Origin: Carcharhinus longimanus
Taxonomy: Eukaryota
Assembly: GCA_030264375.1 (NCBI GenBank)
Contig: JASCQW010000137.1
Span: 19,371,723 to 19,435,722, forward strand
Reading direction: 5' to 3'
Length of the DNA: 64,000 nt
Each line of letters begins with the position of its first letter. Position 1 is the first letter of the stretch. A program made the translations under genes and the position numbers. Of this stretch, positions 49,505 through 61,899 are shown one piece after another. Under the pieces are notes generated by a model that worked only from the letters and a program-made list of their open reading frames with translations, ran no database searches and was not told the origin of the DNA.

Positions 49505-51810
49505 GTAAATGCAAAGNNNNNNNNNNNNNNNNNNNNNNNNNNNNNNNNNNNNNNNNTGCCACTAGCCTGAACGCATACACACACCCTTGGGTTATACTGT
49601 ATGGTATATACAGAGAGAGAGAGGACCAAAAGTCGAGAGCTTTCGAAAGTAGAGTGGCTGCACAGTTTCGTAATGAAACTAGGATAGAAGGCTGCTGTAA
49701 ATGTGGTCGAAAGGATTGGAGAGTAGCCGGGATCGAGCGACTTAGCGAAGCACATCCACCTTGAAATGTGTCAAGTTAAGATCCCCGCTACTACAAGGGA
49801 GGAAGGAGAGAGGGATCGATAATCAGCTGGTAGCGTTACGGCTCCAAATACCAGTATGTTTCCTGCCCTGGTGGAAGTTGAAATTGTGCAGCAACATGTA
49901 AAGAAGCAATGATAAAATCTCAGAAATATCGGCGGAATAGATGCAGGGATATAAAAGTTTTTTTAAAAAACGTTTTTAACCACTGCTGCGGTGGTGATGT
50001 AAGTGTTGATGCGATGTTCCAGATCGTAGCTAGATGGTGCATTCATCTCCGAAGTGAGACTCGGGTAAGGAGGTTCTAGGCTGTCAGAACACAGAACGTC
50101 CTTCTAGCTATAACCTGTTTTTAATGGCCTTCTCTCGCCACTTCTGCTCCCTGATGCACCTGCGGGTGCATTTTAAAGGAGCGATGCTTGTTGTGCCTCA
50201 CGTTGCAACCTGCATAAATGGGCAGGAGACGCGGGGTTAGGTATCCTCTTTAATTAGGTACACGATAATCGATCTGACGGGTTACCATGGCTGCCTGCAA
50301 TCATGTGAATAAATATAGTGGAGCTAGGCTGCGTGAAACCGGGTGGGAGGGACAAAAAAGTTGCTTATCACTAGACCTTCGTAATATGGGGATAATTGGA
50401 CTGGCAGCGGAGTCAGGGATACGTGTTATTTTACAGTAAGTTTAAATATTTGCATATTAGGCGAAAATGACTGTATTATCTTGGTTTAAATGCGATTAAA
50501 GAGACCCTGCAGGACAAGAGGAGGGCCAGTGATTGCAACAGCAATATCCTTTCTCTCCCGCTGCCAGTTACAAGACGGTTGCAATTACTCAAAATTAGCT
50601 AACCAATAACTTCTGCATATTTTGACTGAGTTGCAGGAGCACTGAACATATAACACCAATAAAATCCCCCCACTTTGTGTAAAAAAGGCAACTTTAATCA
50701 TTGCACTTCTCAATGTAGTGATTGCCAAAGTATCCCTGTACTTGGTATGTTGCATTCGAGGTCCTTTTATGGTAGTAAGAATGCAAAAGTCTGATTTCAA
50801 TTAATTCAACAGTACAGTTTCACACAGAGATTTAATACAAAGCATTGGAGTCCTATGCAGAAAAATCAATTATCAAAAACAACTGATGCATGCTCAATGG
50901 CATAATTGCATACTGACTTAAATTCATTTAACAGTGATAAATGGATAGTATGAAATGTCACAAAAACATTAGTGAACTGTACAAGGGAGCCAAAGAGAAA
51001 AGGAGTGAGTTGTTATCCTGGCTCAAAGTTGATGTTCGATTTTTTTTTTGAATGTATACATTACGTTACAACAAAACCACAGTTATTAGCAAACTGATGA
51101 GAATTAATGATTGTTTCTTACTTTTAGGATTCATGTGCTGATATTTTGATTGTTCATGGCTGTGTAATGCTGTGGTACAGTTGAAATAGCTCTATGTATT
51201 AATATATTGGACATCTCAGAATGTACTTTAGAGTGATTTTGAATTAATATTCCATTTATGTATGCAAAATTTGGCAATGAGTAGAGAAAGGCATATAATA
51301 AATTGGAATATGAGCAGTAAATGAAAAGTGGTGGCTTTTTCAAACTATGCGGATATAGGAATAAGAAGGGTTATCCTGAATGTGAGCTTGTTAAATCACA
51401 AGATTTTTTCAGAGCCAGATTTGGCCACTGAAAAGCAATTGAGATTGCCCTCTCACTAAAGGTTTACAAAGCATTATTACCATTATAGACCATTGTGTGG
51501 GCAGTTTACTTGTTATATAAACTCCTTTATAGCACCCCTCTCCACAATAAAATGCAAAACTTGATTCTGCATCACCAGTGACAATCTAATCTCAGTTGGC
51601 TACACAAATGTAAACATTTAATTAAAATTGTCAGAGTACTTAGTGAGTGTTTAAACTAAGAAGGTTTGGAGATAACACATATAATATAGTGAAACCAAAG
51701 ATTGCAGGTCTTTTTGGGGTTGGGAGCAGAAAACAGTTCTTAAAATGATTAGTAATTTAATTATTGTAAGTGACTATAATGCTAACCTCTCTTTTAACCA
51801 ATGACCACAG

Positions 51811-51877
51811 GGAAAGACAAGAGCAGTCAATGGGCTATCGTAAGCGAGGACCAAAGCCCAAACACCTATTGGTTCAG
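51811..51877 (+). CDS. CBX4: Chromobox 4, coding exon 4 (AT-hook-like motif)
   Basis: Acceptor ...CCACAG; (R)ERQEQSMGYRKRGPKPKHLLVQ; donor GTAATA; 67 nt. Confidence 0.96.
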
Positions 51878-52832
51878 GTAATATTATCTGTCTAATGCTC
51901 ATTTGTGTGTTAAATATGAACCAGATTGGAGCAATCTATCACATACTATCTGCCTTCATATAATCAAGTTGAATTCAGTTTCACAAATATATTCTCAGCC
52001 ACCTTGTATACTTACTTTGAGCAGGCAGTTGTGAAATGTCAGTGTAATATTATAAAATAATGTTGACATAGATCTTAGAACACAAGGGAGCCTGTTGCTG
52101 AAAGGCATAAATAGATCTGGAAAAACAGATGCACATTCAAGTATAAAATTAACTGAATTTATTTTATTTGAACTATAATATTGTTTTGAAAATAACATAT
52201 AAAGCATGTTTAAATAGTAGATTTCATGCTGCCAGATACAGATCAGTAGATTTTCAATCTCTTAATGATCCCAATTTGCAAATGCAATCACATCCATCTA
52301 AAACAACCAGGCACTGGTTCATTTTTTTAATGGATTCATAAATGAATAGTGAGTATTCAAAGCAACATCGACCATAAGTAACCAAAAACAGCGTCCCTCT
52401 TCAGGGACACCAACTTCAAGCTGGTGTCCATTGCTGCAGAACGTTTGGTGCTCACGGTTGAATGGGTTAGTAACAACTGTTGTGATGGAGTGGCTGCTGG
52501 TTGCTTTGATACAACAACCAAGAAGAAACCAATGGTTGGCTCCACGCATGGGTTCCTCCTCAACATATAAAGCGTATTGACAGTGGAATCGACCTTGCCT
52601 CTCCTCAGCTGGGAATGGAATCTGGCAGGCCGGTGAAGTGAGACAGATAAAGGTGAAAATGTAACCCATTTCTCTTTTGGGCCTTGGACCAAAGGCAAAA
52701 CCCCCATTTCAATGACGATTGGATAAATGAAGATCTGCTCGCCAGATTTAAGTTGTAGTCTTGCCTTTTAATTAATTGACTACTTACCAGAATTTGAAAC
52801 CCAAATAATAATCATCTATTCTTCATTTGCAG

Positions 52833-54227
52833 CTGCCAGCTTTTGCTCGTCGCTCGAATGTTCCCTCGGAGCTGCAGGATCCGAGTGTGGATGAAGAGCG
52901 GTCCAAGAACGATATCCAGCAGCCGCCCATCAAACGGCAATACCAACTAAACAGCAAAAAGCTTCACCAGTACAAGCCCTGTAACACTGAGGAACAACGC
53001 CAGCATCAAGCTACTAAACACTTCTACCAGCTCAACAGCAAGAAGCATCACCATTATCAGCCGGACATCATGTACCCCAATCAACAGGCCGACTCTCACC
53101 GAAGCGAAACTGAAGTGAACCACGAACAGCATCAACCTATTCCGGAGCAGGAAGCAGAGCAGCATAGCTTTCTAAAGAATGGGAATCACAGCCCCGCTGT
53201 AGGTATGGAGAAGTCTGAAGTCAAGGAGATGGATTCGAAATCCGGGAACGGGCCAGAACTAGACAAGGAAAGTGTGAAAAACAATGGCATGAATGGTAGA
53301 ATGAAGATAGTTAAAAATAAAAACAAGAACGGTAGGATTGTAATAGTCATGAGCAAATACATGGATAATGGGATCCAGTCGGCGAAGGATAAACACAGTA
53401 AGAACGGGGAAGGAGGGAATGAGTCAGTGGCGAGCAAGACTGGAGACCGGGAACTGTGGATAGTTAAAAACGGATATGGCAAAACGGTTGCGGCGGAGGA
53501 CAGAGTAGAAAGGGGCGAGGATAATAATGCTACAAATGGGAAGCAAGAGACCGCTAAGACTCGGAATGGCAACAAAGAGGCGGAGGCCGATAAGAATGGT
53601 TATTTTAGGACTTTGGTGGCTAAAGAGGCGGTAGCTGCAGCGCCAAATAAAAATATGAACGGGGAGGTAGCGGAGAAAGGGAGAGTCCAGATAGCAAGTG
53701 GGAAGGAGATGAGGACTCAGAAGGAAGCCTCGGGGCAGGAGCAGTGTGAACCGGCAGCTCCAGTGCGATGGGCCTGTGATTCGGAGGTTTCCAGGAGGGA
53801 TGGCTTATACTCCAAACTGTCCAAGTCCAGGAAACGCTATTTGTCCGAACCCATCGTGGAGAAAGAGGCCAAGAAACCCACGACGTGCAGAAGCATCAGT
53901 GTCCCGGGAAGCGCAGTCCAGCTGGAGCAGGAGGATCTCATTNNNNNNNNNNGGATCGATAGTTATCGGAATGAGGGGATTGATGGCTCTTTGCACTCAA
54001 ATCCTGAGCAGCCAATCGATTTGAGCTGTGTAAAGTCCAGGCCAGAGCCCCAGAAGGCGGCGGCGGCGGCGCAGCAGCAGCCGGAGAGTGAGGAGAAAGA
54101 CGGGAGGGCGAGGGGAGAGCAGCAATATCCATGGACTGGCCTCAAACCTTACCTGGGAAACCTGATAATCACAGATGTCACAGCGAACTGCCTCACGGTT
54201 ACATTTAAGGAATATGTGACGGTGTGA
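52833..54227 (+). CDS. CBX4: Chromobox 4, coding exon 5 (CBX4-specific boxes, SIM, CtBP motif, C-terminal Pc box)
   Basis: Acceptor CTTCATTTGCAG; LPAFARRSNV, two YQLNSKK.H.Y.P boxes, MKIVKNKNKNGRIVIVMSKYM, RKRYLSE, PIDLS (54012-54026), LKPYLGNLIITDVTANCLTVTFKEYVTV*. Phases are consistent across all five exons. 10-N gap at 53943-53952. Confidence 0.97.
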   Translation: MPAFARRSNVPSELQDPSVDEERSKNDIQQPPIKRQYQLNSKKLHQYKPCNTEEQRQHQATKHFYQLNSKKHHHYQPDIMYPNQQADSHRSETEVNHEQHQPIPEQEAEQHSFLKNGNHSPAVGMEKSEVKEMDSKSGNGPELDKESVKNNGMNGRMKIVKNKNKNGRIVIVMSKYMDNGIQSAKDKHSKNGEGGNESVASKTGDRELWIVKNGYGKTVAAEDRVERGEDNNATNGKQETAKTRNGNKEAEADKNGYFRTLVAKEAVAAAPNKNMNGEVAEKGRVQIASGKEMRTQKEASGQEQCEPAAPVRWACDSEVSRRDGLYSKLSKSRKRYLSEPIVEKEAKKPTTCRSISVPGSAVQLEQEDLIXXXXIDSYRNEGIDGSLHSNPEQPIDLSCVKSRPEPQKAAAAAQQQPESEEKDGRARGEQQYPWTGLKPYLGNLIITDVTANCLTVTFKEYVTV

Positions 54228-55100
54228 AGGAAACTTCAGGCGGATTTAGAAAGCAGGCAGAGATGTGTAGAGTAAATGCACTCTTTAACCCAAATCTCCG
54301 TTCTTGACACTGAAGATGTATGCAATTTTATTTATACACGGGCACATTATATATGTAGAAGTGAATATGTGTCCGGAGTTAAACTGGACAGAGCGGCAGC
54401 AAGGAGCACCGAATAAACTGCTTCCTTAAATCTGGATTTTTAATTTTTTAAAAGCAAAATCTTAAAATAATAAAACCACATTATTAGATGTTTGATACAT
54501 TATTTCAATTTTTAATCCAATGTCAGATATATTGAATATTTGTGATAATATGTGTGCTATTTAAATGTGCAGATTCTTTGTATTTCTGTCTGTTTGATAT
54601 TTCTGAAGCTGGCGAGCTTGTGCTGCTATGATAGAAATGTATTTTTTTTGTGCTTGAATGTAAATATGTGATAAACGCCTTTAAAACACCGGACTCGCTG
54701 TTGCAGCAGGGCGACAGTCAATAAGGCCATGGAAGAATGTTGATATTCTGTTTTGTATCTCCGGGACGCCATTTTTGATCTGGCGTTTCTTATTACCAGC
54801 CGAAAGTGAATAAGAAATTCTATGAAATAAGACTGAGTCATATTATTAATTTGTGCCGCGAAATGTATAAGTCAATATAGTGTCATCGTGAAGCCACTCT
54901 CTCGAAGGACTCTGGTACTGTCTCTGAGTGAATGAAACTCGAACGTTTCCTTTGAAATCTTACTGCAGATATTTTAAAGTAACATTTTTTTATTAAAACA
55001 AGTCATACTGCGTGTAGCTGTGGTTACCAGCTGGCGTCATTTCTCGGAAGCCACAGTTTGATATGTGTCATATTGACAAACGGTGCAGATTAAAATAGTC
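54228..55100 (+). other. CBX4 3' UTR with candidate polyadenylation signals
   Basis: AATAAA at 54412-54417 and 54469-54474; ATTAAA at 54992-54997 and 55089-55094. The site actually used is unknown. Confidence 0.5.
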
Positions 55101-57036
55101 AAGGAGGCAACATCCTGTGACTTGGAGCGAAGTAACTACATCAAAGTACCATTGCCCTTCAGGCCCCTGAGCCAGGAATTCATTGCTTCTTCTCAGGGTG
55201 TGCGACATCGAAGTGACTGTTACCCTCTCGGGGCATTTATCTGAAAATGGAATTATTGAGAATACATGGCTATCTTAATCCCGGACAAGGCCACCGTTTT
55301 ACCAACTGATCGTGAAACTATCTTTAAAACGAAGTACCAAAGTACCACGTTAATCCCCACTTTGCATTATAAATACAGATCCAAGAACAAGGCTTTTGGA
55401 GTTTCCAGAAACCTATTCTCATTTAAGTCACTGCTATAGCTAGAAACTGGGTAAATGTGATTATTGGCGTGTCTAAGGACCAGAAGAGGAAAATAAGTAA
55501 ATTCAAGAGCTGCCTCGAAAAGAGAACATTATTGGGTGCCCCCCCCCTCGCCCCCCGTCCCTTTATTAGTAAATTAAGTATCGAAGCAGTTTTAGTACAA
55601 AAAGTTGATGGTTTGAGGTAAGGTGTTTTTGAGAAACACATTGTGAAAATCTTTACAATCCGGATCGGCTTGGAAAGCCAAGAAGAGGAGCCAAATTTGG
55701 TCAGATGATCTAAGAAGGAGAGAGAAGTAAGCGAGATATTTGGTGTCAACTTAGTACTTGGATGAGACGTTTGTAAGGCTGCAATCAGTAGAAAGCCCCT
55801 AACAGACATAACAAATGAATAGATTTTTGAGTTTTCCAAAGTGTTGTTGTAGACTGGCCAACTAGCCATGGCCTATACAGCAGTAAGTTTGAAATTCTAG
55901 ACACTTTGCCTCAGACAGCTGTAGGCTGGCCCTACCTTGGACCAGTATGAATTTAGCCATTTATACTCCAGCAACGTCTTTACAGATGCTTGGTAGTTCC
56001 TAAGTCTGACTGTTGCCGACCTGTGTCACCATGTTCTGTCCTTAGATATGTTCTGTAGGGGGACCGAATCAACATTCCGTGTCAGACAAATGGAAAATAT
56101 TGACTTCCTCGGTGTTTTGGTGTGGAGATACAGTGTGGAATTCTATATACACCACGAGACAAATGGCATTGTCAACCAAAACCAATCAAAGTGAAAAAGT
56201 AGTGAGAATAGACAAGACATAGCCAATACAGCAGAGCCTGAGGATCAAACTGCGGCTGTTAATCCTGACTCCCCAGGCGTCACAGTCCAACATAAGCTTA
56301 CACATCTTATTTCCTGGCTCATTCTGTTTGAACTTTGTGCTACTGGAGATTTGCAAAGGGCTGGTTTCATGATTGTGCTTGAGAAATCTTGAATTTGAAC
56401 AAGAGTCCCACCAACATTAGCAGCTTGAGAAAGCCGAAAATGCAAACATGGACGTAATCTATATGTTCCACTCCTGAGAGCTTGTGGTAGCATCTCCGCA
56501 GCCCAGAAGACAATGACCGGAGAACTAAATAGTATCAACATAGCAGAAATCTTCTTTCATGCGCCTTCGGAAAACCAAATACACATTTGATAACGGCAAC
56601 CAAATCATGTGTGAGGCTGGTAGAAGTGTGTATACTCCTTTGAGTACTTTCTGACAGAAGTGCGTGCAGGTCTTTGAAGACTATCTGAACATTGTCTCCA
56701 GTACTTTCTTTGGGAAGAAGCGCGACTTTGATTTCTGATTATAAAATTGCAGATCTACCAATCCATTGTGTGCAAAGCAAAATGCTTTGAACAATTGCAC
56801 CGTTGGTATGTAGCACGCTCGGTGCATACTACCAATAAAGAAGTATATAAATAGCATGAAGACGACACAAACCTGCACTCCCTAAATATAGAACAATTCG
56901 CACCATTTTCTTTTAGCCAGGATCTCCTTTTGCGCCAATCACCTTCAGCCACCTCGACACTATGTTTAGTATGGTACTAAAAAGACGCTTGTGAATCTGT
57001 TGGATTCCAATTCTCTCACCAAGATTCGAGCTGGAA

Positions 57037-57950
57037 GTGAACTGGTGAAGGCAATATCTTACCCAGTCTCCCAGTCAGATCGGTGGAGATCTTATCACCC
57101 AGTCAAACTGGTGAAGATAGTATCACCCAGCTTTATAGTTAAACTGGTGGAGACAGTATCACCTAGCATAAGAACATAAGAAATAGGAGCAGGAGTGGTC
57201 CATCTAGCCCTTCGAGCCTGCCCCGCCATTCAATAAGATCATGGCTGATCTGAAGTGGATCAGTGCCACTTTCCCGCTTTCTCCCCATAACCCTTTAATT
57301 CCCTTGTCTGTCAAAAACCTATCTACCCGTGACTTAAATATATTTAGCGAGGTAGCCTCCACCACTTCNNNNNNNNNNNNNNNNNNNNNNNNNNNNNNNN
57401 NNNNNNNNNNNNNNNNNNNNNNNNNNNNNNNNNNNNNNNNNNNNNNNNNNNNNNNNNNNNNNNNNNNNCCCAGCCTTCTAGTTAAACTGGTGGAGACAGT
57501 GTCACCCAGCCTTCTAGTTAAACTGGTGGAGACAGTGTCACCCAGTCTTCTAGTTAAACTGGTGGAGACAATTTCATCTAGTCTCCCAGTTACACTGGTG
57601 GAGACAGTATCACCCTATCTCCCAGTCAAATTGGTGGAAACAATATGAGCCAGTCTTCTAGTTAAACGGGTGAACATAGCCTCACCCGGTCTCCCGGTTA
57701 ATCTGGTGAACACAGTATCACCCAGTCGCTAGTTGAACTGGTGGAGACAGTATCACCCTGTCTCCTAGTTAAACAGGCAAACACAGTCTCACCCGGTCTC
57801 CCGATTAATCTGATGAACACAGCATCATCCAGTCTCAAGTGAAACTGGTGAACATTATCACCCAGTCTCCAGTTAAAACTGATGGAGAATGTATCACCCA
57901 GTCTCCCAGTTAAATTGGTGAACATAGTCTCACCCCGGTCTTGCAATTGG
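57037..57950 (+). repeat. 36-bp minisatellite interrupted by a CR1 3' end
   Basis: Unit approximately GTTAAACTGGTGGAGACAGTATCACCCAGTCTCCCA; translates as the (PSLLVKLVETVS)n seen in the ORF track. Confidence 0.92.
57167..57368 (-). mobile_element. CR1 LINE 3' end
   Basis: + strand CATAAGAACATAAGAAATAGGAGCAGGAG...CCATTCAATAAGATCATGGCTGATCTG; runs into a gap. Confidence 0.85.
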
Positions 57951-59490
57951 TACACGTCCAGTTATCTGATCAATTTAAACCACCGGAAAAGCACGTGGCC
58001 ATTTTGCTGGAAGTTCGGTCGGGAGGCAGCGGGCGGGCGGTCAGAGGCTGTAAGGATGGTTCACTACCCAGGTTACTGCTAGCAAGAAAACCAACACTGC
58101 TAGGGTAAAAACGAAACAACTGGGATATACCCTTATTTGACAAACGCGAATGGTGAGATTGCTCTCTGGTTGGGGAGATGTAAATTCTGCATTTCTCAGC
58201 AGTTCACTCCCGGAGTGAGGTCAGATCATGGGACACCACATACACATCTCTCCTCTTATGAGATCATCTTTCAAGCATGCCACTTCGCATGAATGTTTGA
58301 GATGGTGCACATTTGACTAGTGTGTATGTAGCTCGAGACAAAGAGATTTTCTGTGCAGCGTTTGAATAAACTCTTGGATATTTTAACCCATTCCAAAAGA
58401 TTTTTTTCAAGGGGGAGGGGGATTTCCAATGGGACACGGAATGACTGCCAATGTTACAAAATCGGGGCAATGTGGGGTCAGTGTTTATCGTGTCTTTAGC
58501 ACACCGTTTAAACCCACTTAAACCAAAATTCGCCCACAGAAACATTCAGTGCAAATCATTCCCTTCAAACGTTCCGTAATTAAATGGGTGAAGGACGGCA
58601 CTGCGGACTGCACAAGCTCGAATTTTAGCCGTGGAAGCGGGAGATAAGATGCGTGACGGATACCCTGTAGATTGTAGAATGAAAGCGGGCGGTGTACTGG
58701 AAAACTGAATCAGCTGCTGATCTTGTTGCGAGATATCCTGTGTCAATTCATAACTCAACATTTCACTTCCTAAGGTGGCATCAACACGTTTTCAGGAGCC
58801 CCCGAAGGCGCTTCACACTGGCGTACAGTCAATCCGGACACGGCTCTCCCACAGAAAGCAAACCAAGTGAGCCGTCAGTGTGTGCTGAGTGAGTGAGCAA
58901 TGTGAGGCAGATTTGTTGCTGCTGTTGTATCAGTTTAGTGTCATCCGCCCAGGTTTTAACCTGGGGGAGCAGGGTTCCCGGACAATGCAGTACTCCCCTT
59001 AGTGCTGCACTGGAGCAGCGGCAGAGAGCAGGATCTGAAGCCGCAATCTCCCATATCACACAGTCACTGCAGGAAACAGGTTCTGCTCAGTCAAGTCAAC
59101 ATCCGAATTTGGACGGAGTTGATTAACGACAGTCTCTCTCCTCCGCCTGGGGTGGTTGTAAAGCCTTACTGGGGTGGGGCGGGGGGGGGGGGTTGCAAAA
59201 TGGTAGCCCATTCCTCACGNNNNNNNNNNNNNNNNNNNNNNNNNNNNNNNNNNNNNNNNNNNNNNNNNNNNNNNNNNNNNNNNNNNNNNNNNNNNNNNNN
59301 NNNNNNNNNNNNNNNNNNNGCAAAAGGGTAGACATTTCCTAAAGGAGTTTGTGGGGAATGGGTTGTTGTGTTTGATGGAGCTAGTTGCTATAATGGTTGG
59401 AGCGGAACCACAATTCCCGCTCAGTTCCCCCGGGACTGGAACTGACCTAGCGAACAACAGGTACTCGCAAGGCAAGCTTTAAAGGGGACT

Positions 59491-59616
59491 AAAACACTGC
59501 GGATGCTGGAATCTGAATCAAAAACAGAAAATGCTGGAAAACCTCAGCAGGTCTGGCAGCATCAGTGGAGAGAGAATAGAGCCAACATTTCAAGTCTAGA
59601 TAACCCTTCGCCAGGG
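59491..59616 (-). mobile_element. Penelope-type terminal-repeat copy with decayed hammerhead core
   Basis: + strand CTGCGGATGCTGGAATCTGAATCAAAAACAGAAAATGCTGGAAAACCTCAGCAGGTCTGGCAGC. Minus strand CTGGCGA AGGGTT ATCTA GACTT GAAA TG TT GGCT. Confidence 0.7.
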
Positions 59617-61419
59617 AGTTTAAAAGGGGCTTCCTGGTCACTGAACACCCGGTAAGTTAGGTTCCCATTCTCGAGAATTCATCGGGCCCTTCAATTCATC
59701 TAACCTGCCTCTTTCAGACTTCACAATTCCACATGGACAGCAGACTCTTCCGTTGCCCCAAACAACACTCACTGCCTCCCCGCTCATTTTCAACAACGAT
59801 CTAGATGTAGCCCGTGAGTAAACTAATCTCCCATTACCCTCCCAAGAAGGTGCATAGTGGACTCGAGTGGCCAACTCCCCTCTCTCTCTCTGCACAGATA
59901 CAGGCAGACCTGCTGAGAGTTCCCCAACACTTTCTGTTCGGATCCCACTCTTCTCCCTCTCTGTACATATATAATAAAACACATTTCCTCGATTAGATTC
60001 ACAGTTTTGGGTTTCACACTGGGTGGTGGTTCAGGGTATTCCCCTGGTGAGAGGACATTTCCCCAAAGAAAAACCTTGTTTCCAGCCCAGATTTTAGAAA
60101 TATTATTCTTATCCCACGATTCCATTAAGAATCCCCATTGCAAATCCCTAACCTCGCAATATTGCACTAACACCTACCTCTAACAAGGTATTTTTAAAAA
60201 AAAATTCCAATCTAGAATCTTCCCACTTCCTCCCCCGCCTCCCCCTCAATCTGTGTCCAGAGCTGATATGTTGGTGGAAACGTGCCCCAGCCGACATAGC
60301 AGGCAGCCAATGTCACCCTTTATAGAAAGGACGGTCTTTTTTAAAATGCAGATTCGGACCTGAAGTAACTTCACCGCCGGTGTCCCTGTTGCTCAGACAC
60401 GGATTATGTCGGAAGGTCGGTCGCCATATTTCGGTCTCTAGGTGTCTGTCTGCAACCGTGACTCCAGAACAGAGAGGCTTTCAAACCAAGGGGAGGCTCA
60501 GGGAGCTGCTGTGTAGTGAAACGCGCAAAAAATGTACCTGACCTGATTATTAATATTAATGAGGCGATCTTTCCAGCACTGGTCTACTTTGCTATTTTGG
60601 GTGATAGTGTAATATGGAAACCGCGAATTCCAATACACTGGAACAATGGCCGGCTTGCTCGGCTCCAGCTTAGCTTTCTCTGCCCATCTCCAGCCATTTA
60701 CTCTGGCTGTAAACTTATTTCATCATTTCCCCCTAATCATGATTAGATGTTGGAAATATGTCCGTCCAAAGCTGCCGCTTCATGGTTCCTTTGTGAGGCG
60801 TCGTAAAATAAACTGAATTCATGTTCTGGGCAGCGGAGGTTGGTTTGTTTTAAGTTAAAAATAGTACAGCTTTAAAAGGCGATTTGGATTTTCAGACATT
60901 TTCCCTCGATTCTTTCATGTCACGCAGTCCTTCTCAAACACAGTGGGCATTCAAACATTTACATTCATGATTAAGTGCATTTGATCGTAAAAAATATCGC
61001 GGCAAACCTCCGAGTCTCCTTTTAATAACAGAATTGTTGTGCCACCCTTAGGACTGGTAACCTTCACCTAGAAATAACCGCGCCCTGTGGACAAATATGT
61101 AACGAATCAATTCACAAACAATCGTGTTGTGAAAACTCGTGGTGAGTCCTATTTGACGTTACATTGGAACGGAAACGATTAAATTCACCTGACATCTTAA
61201 TGCTAAAGAAAATTCGCGTGTTAAAGACTTTTTAAAAAAATTCCCTTTGAAAAATAAATAGGTCGACCAATAAAGCAAATACCTAGAAAAATCAGTGATG
61301 TAACCAGTGGTCAGTTGCCAGAGGATGCTCAAATTATGTAAATTGAACTCCATATGGAAAGTGAGCTTCTCCTTAGCCGATTAGAAAATGTTTACTCCAG
61401 TGTACCTGTGGTATATGTA

Positions 61420-61592
61420 TTAGAACCTAAGAAATAGGAGCTATTTGTCCCTTCGAGCCTTCTGCATCATTCAATAAGATCTTCTACCTGAACTCCAACA
61501 ACTCCTGACGATCTATTCATATCCCTGAATCCCTTAGTACCCCGAATCCATCTTGAATATACCGAACCACTGAGCTTCCACAGACCTCTGGG
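61420..61592 (-). mobile_element. CR1 LINE 3' end
   Basis: TAGAACCTAAGAAATAGGAG...CTTCGAGCCT...CATTCAATAAGATC, homologous to 57167-57368. Confidence 0.7.
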
Positions 61593-61899
61593 TATATCAG
61601 AGGAGTGGTTCATATCTGGAGATACCATATATTAATCACATTTGTATATTTAAGGTGCATTGTACAACTGACGTATATAGACAATAGACTATATCTGAGC
61701 CATACTCTGTATCTGTGATATTCTGTATTTTTGTATTAAATATATATTTGAGGTATACCATATATCAGGATGAAGTATACAGTATATTGTGATATTACGT
61801 AACATCATATATGGTGCAGCATCTTAGGTCAATAATGCTTGACAATCTACTATCTATTCCATCTGGCAGTGTGAAACATACCGGCCAAACTTGAAATCT

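Noticed and set aside
52319-52707. Two overlapping 116-aa minus ORFs in CBX4 intron 4
   Set aside because: No family resemblance or splice support; consistent with chance.
52827-52832. ORF-track start (TTG, 'MQ') of the 466-aa ORF
   Set aside because: These bases are the intron 4 acceptor (TTGCAG). The true start is ATG 48852 in exon 1.
57037-57950. 36-bp repeats as a CRISPR array or repeat protein
   Set aside because: Units are contiguous with no unique spacers, there are no cas genes, and the context is vertebrate. The ORF spans a CR1 tail and a gap.
59375-59450. ATGGAGCTA... as possible CBX8 exon 1 (expected downstream by synteny)
   Set aside because: Reads MELVAIMVGAEPQFPLSSPGLELT* with no chromodomain residues. 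No CBX8 exon was recognised in the window.
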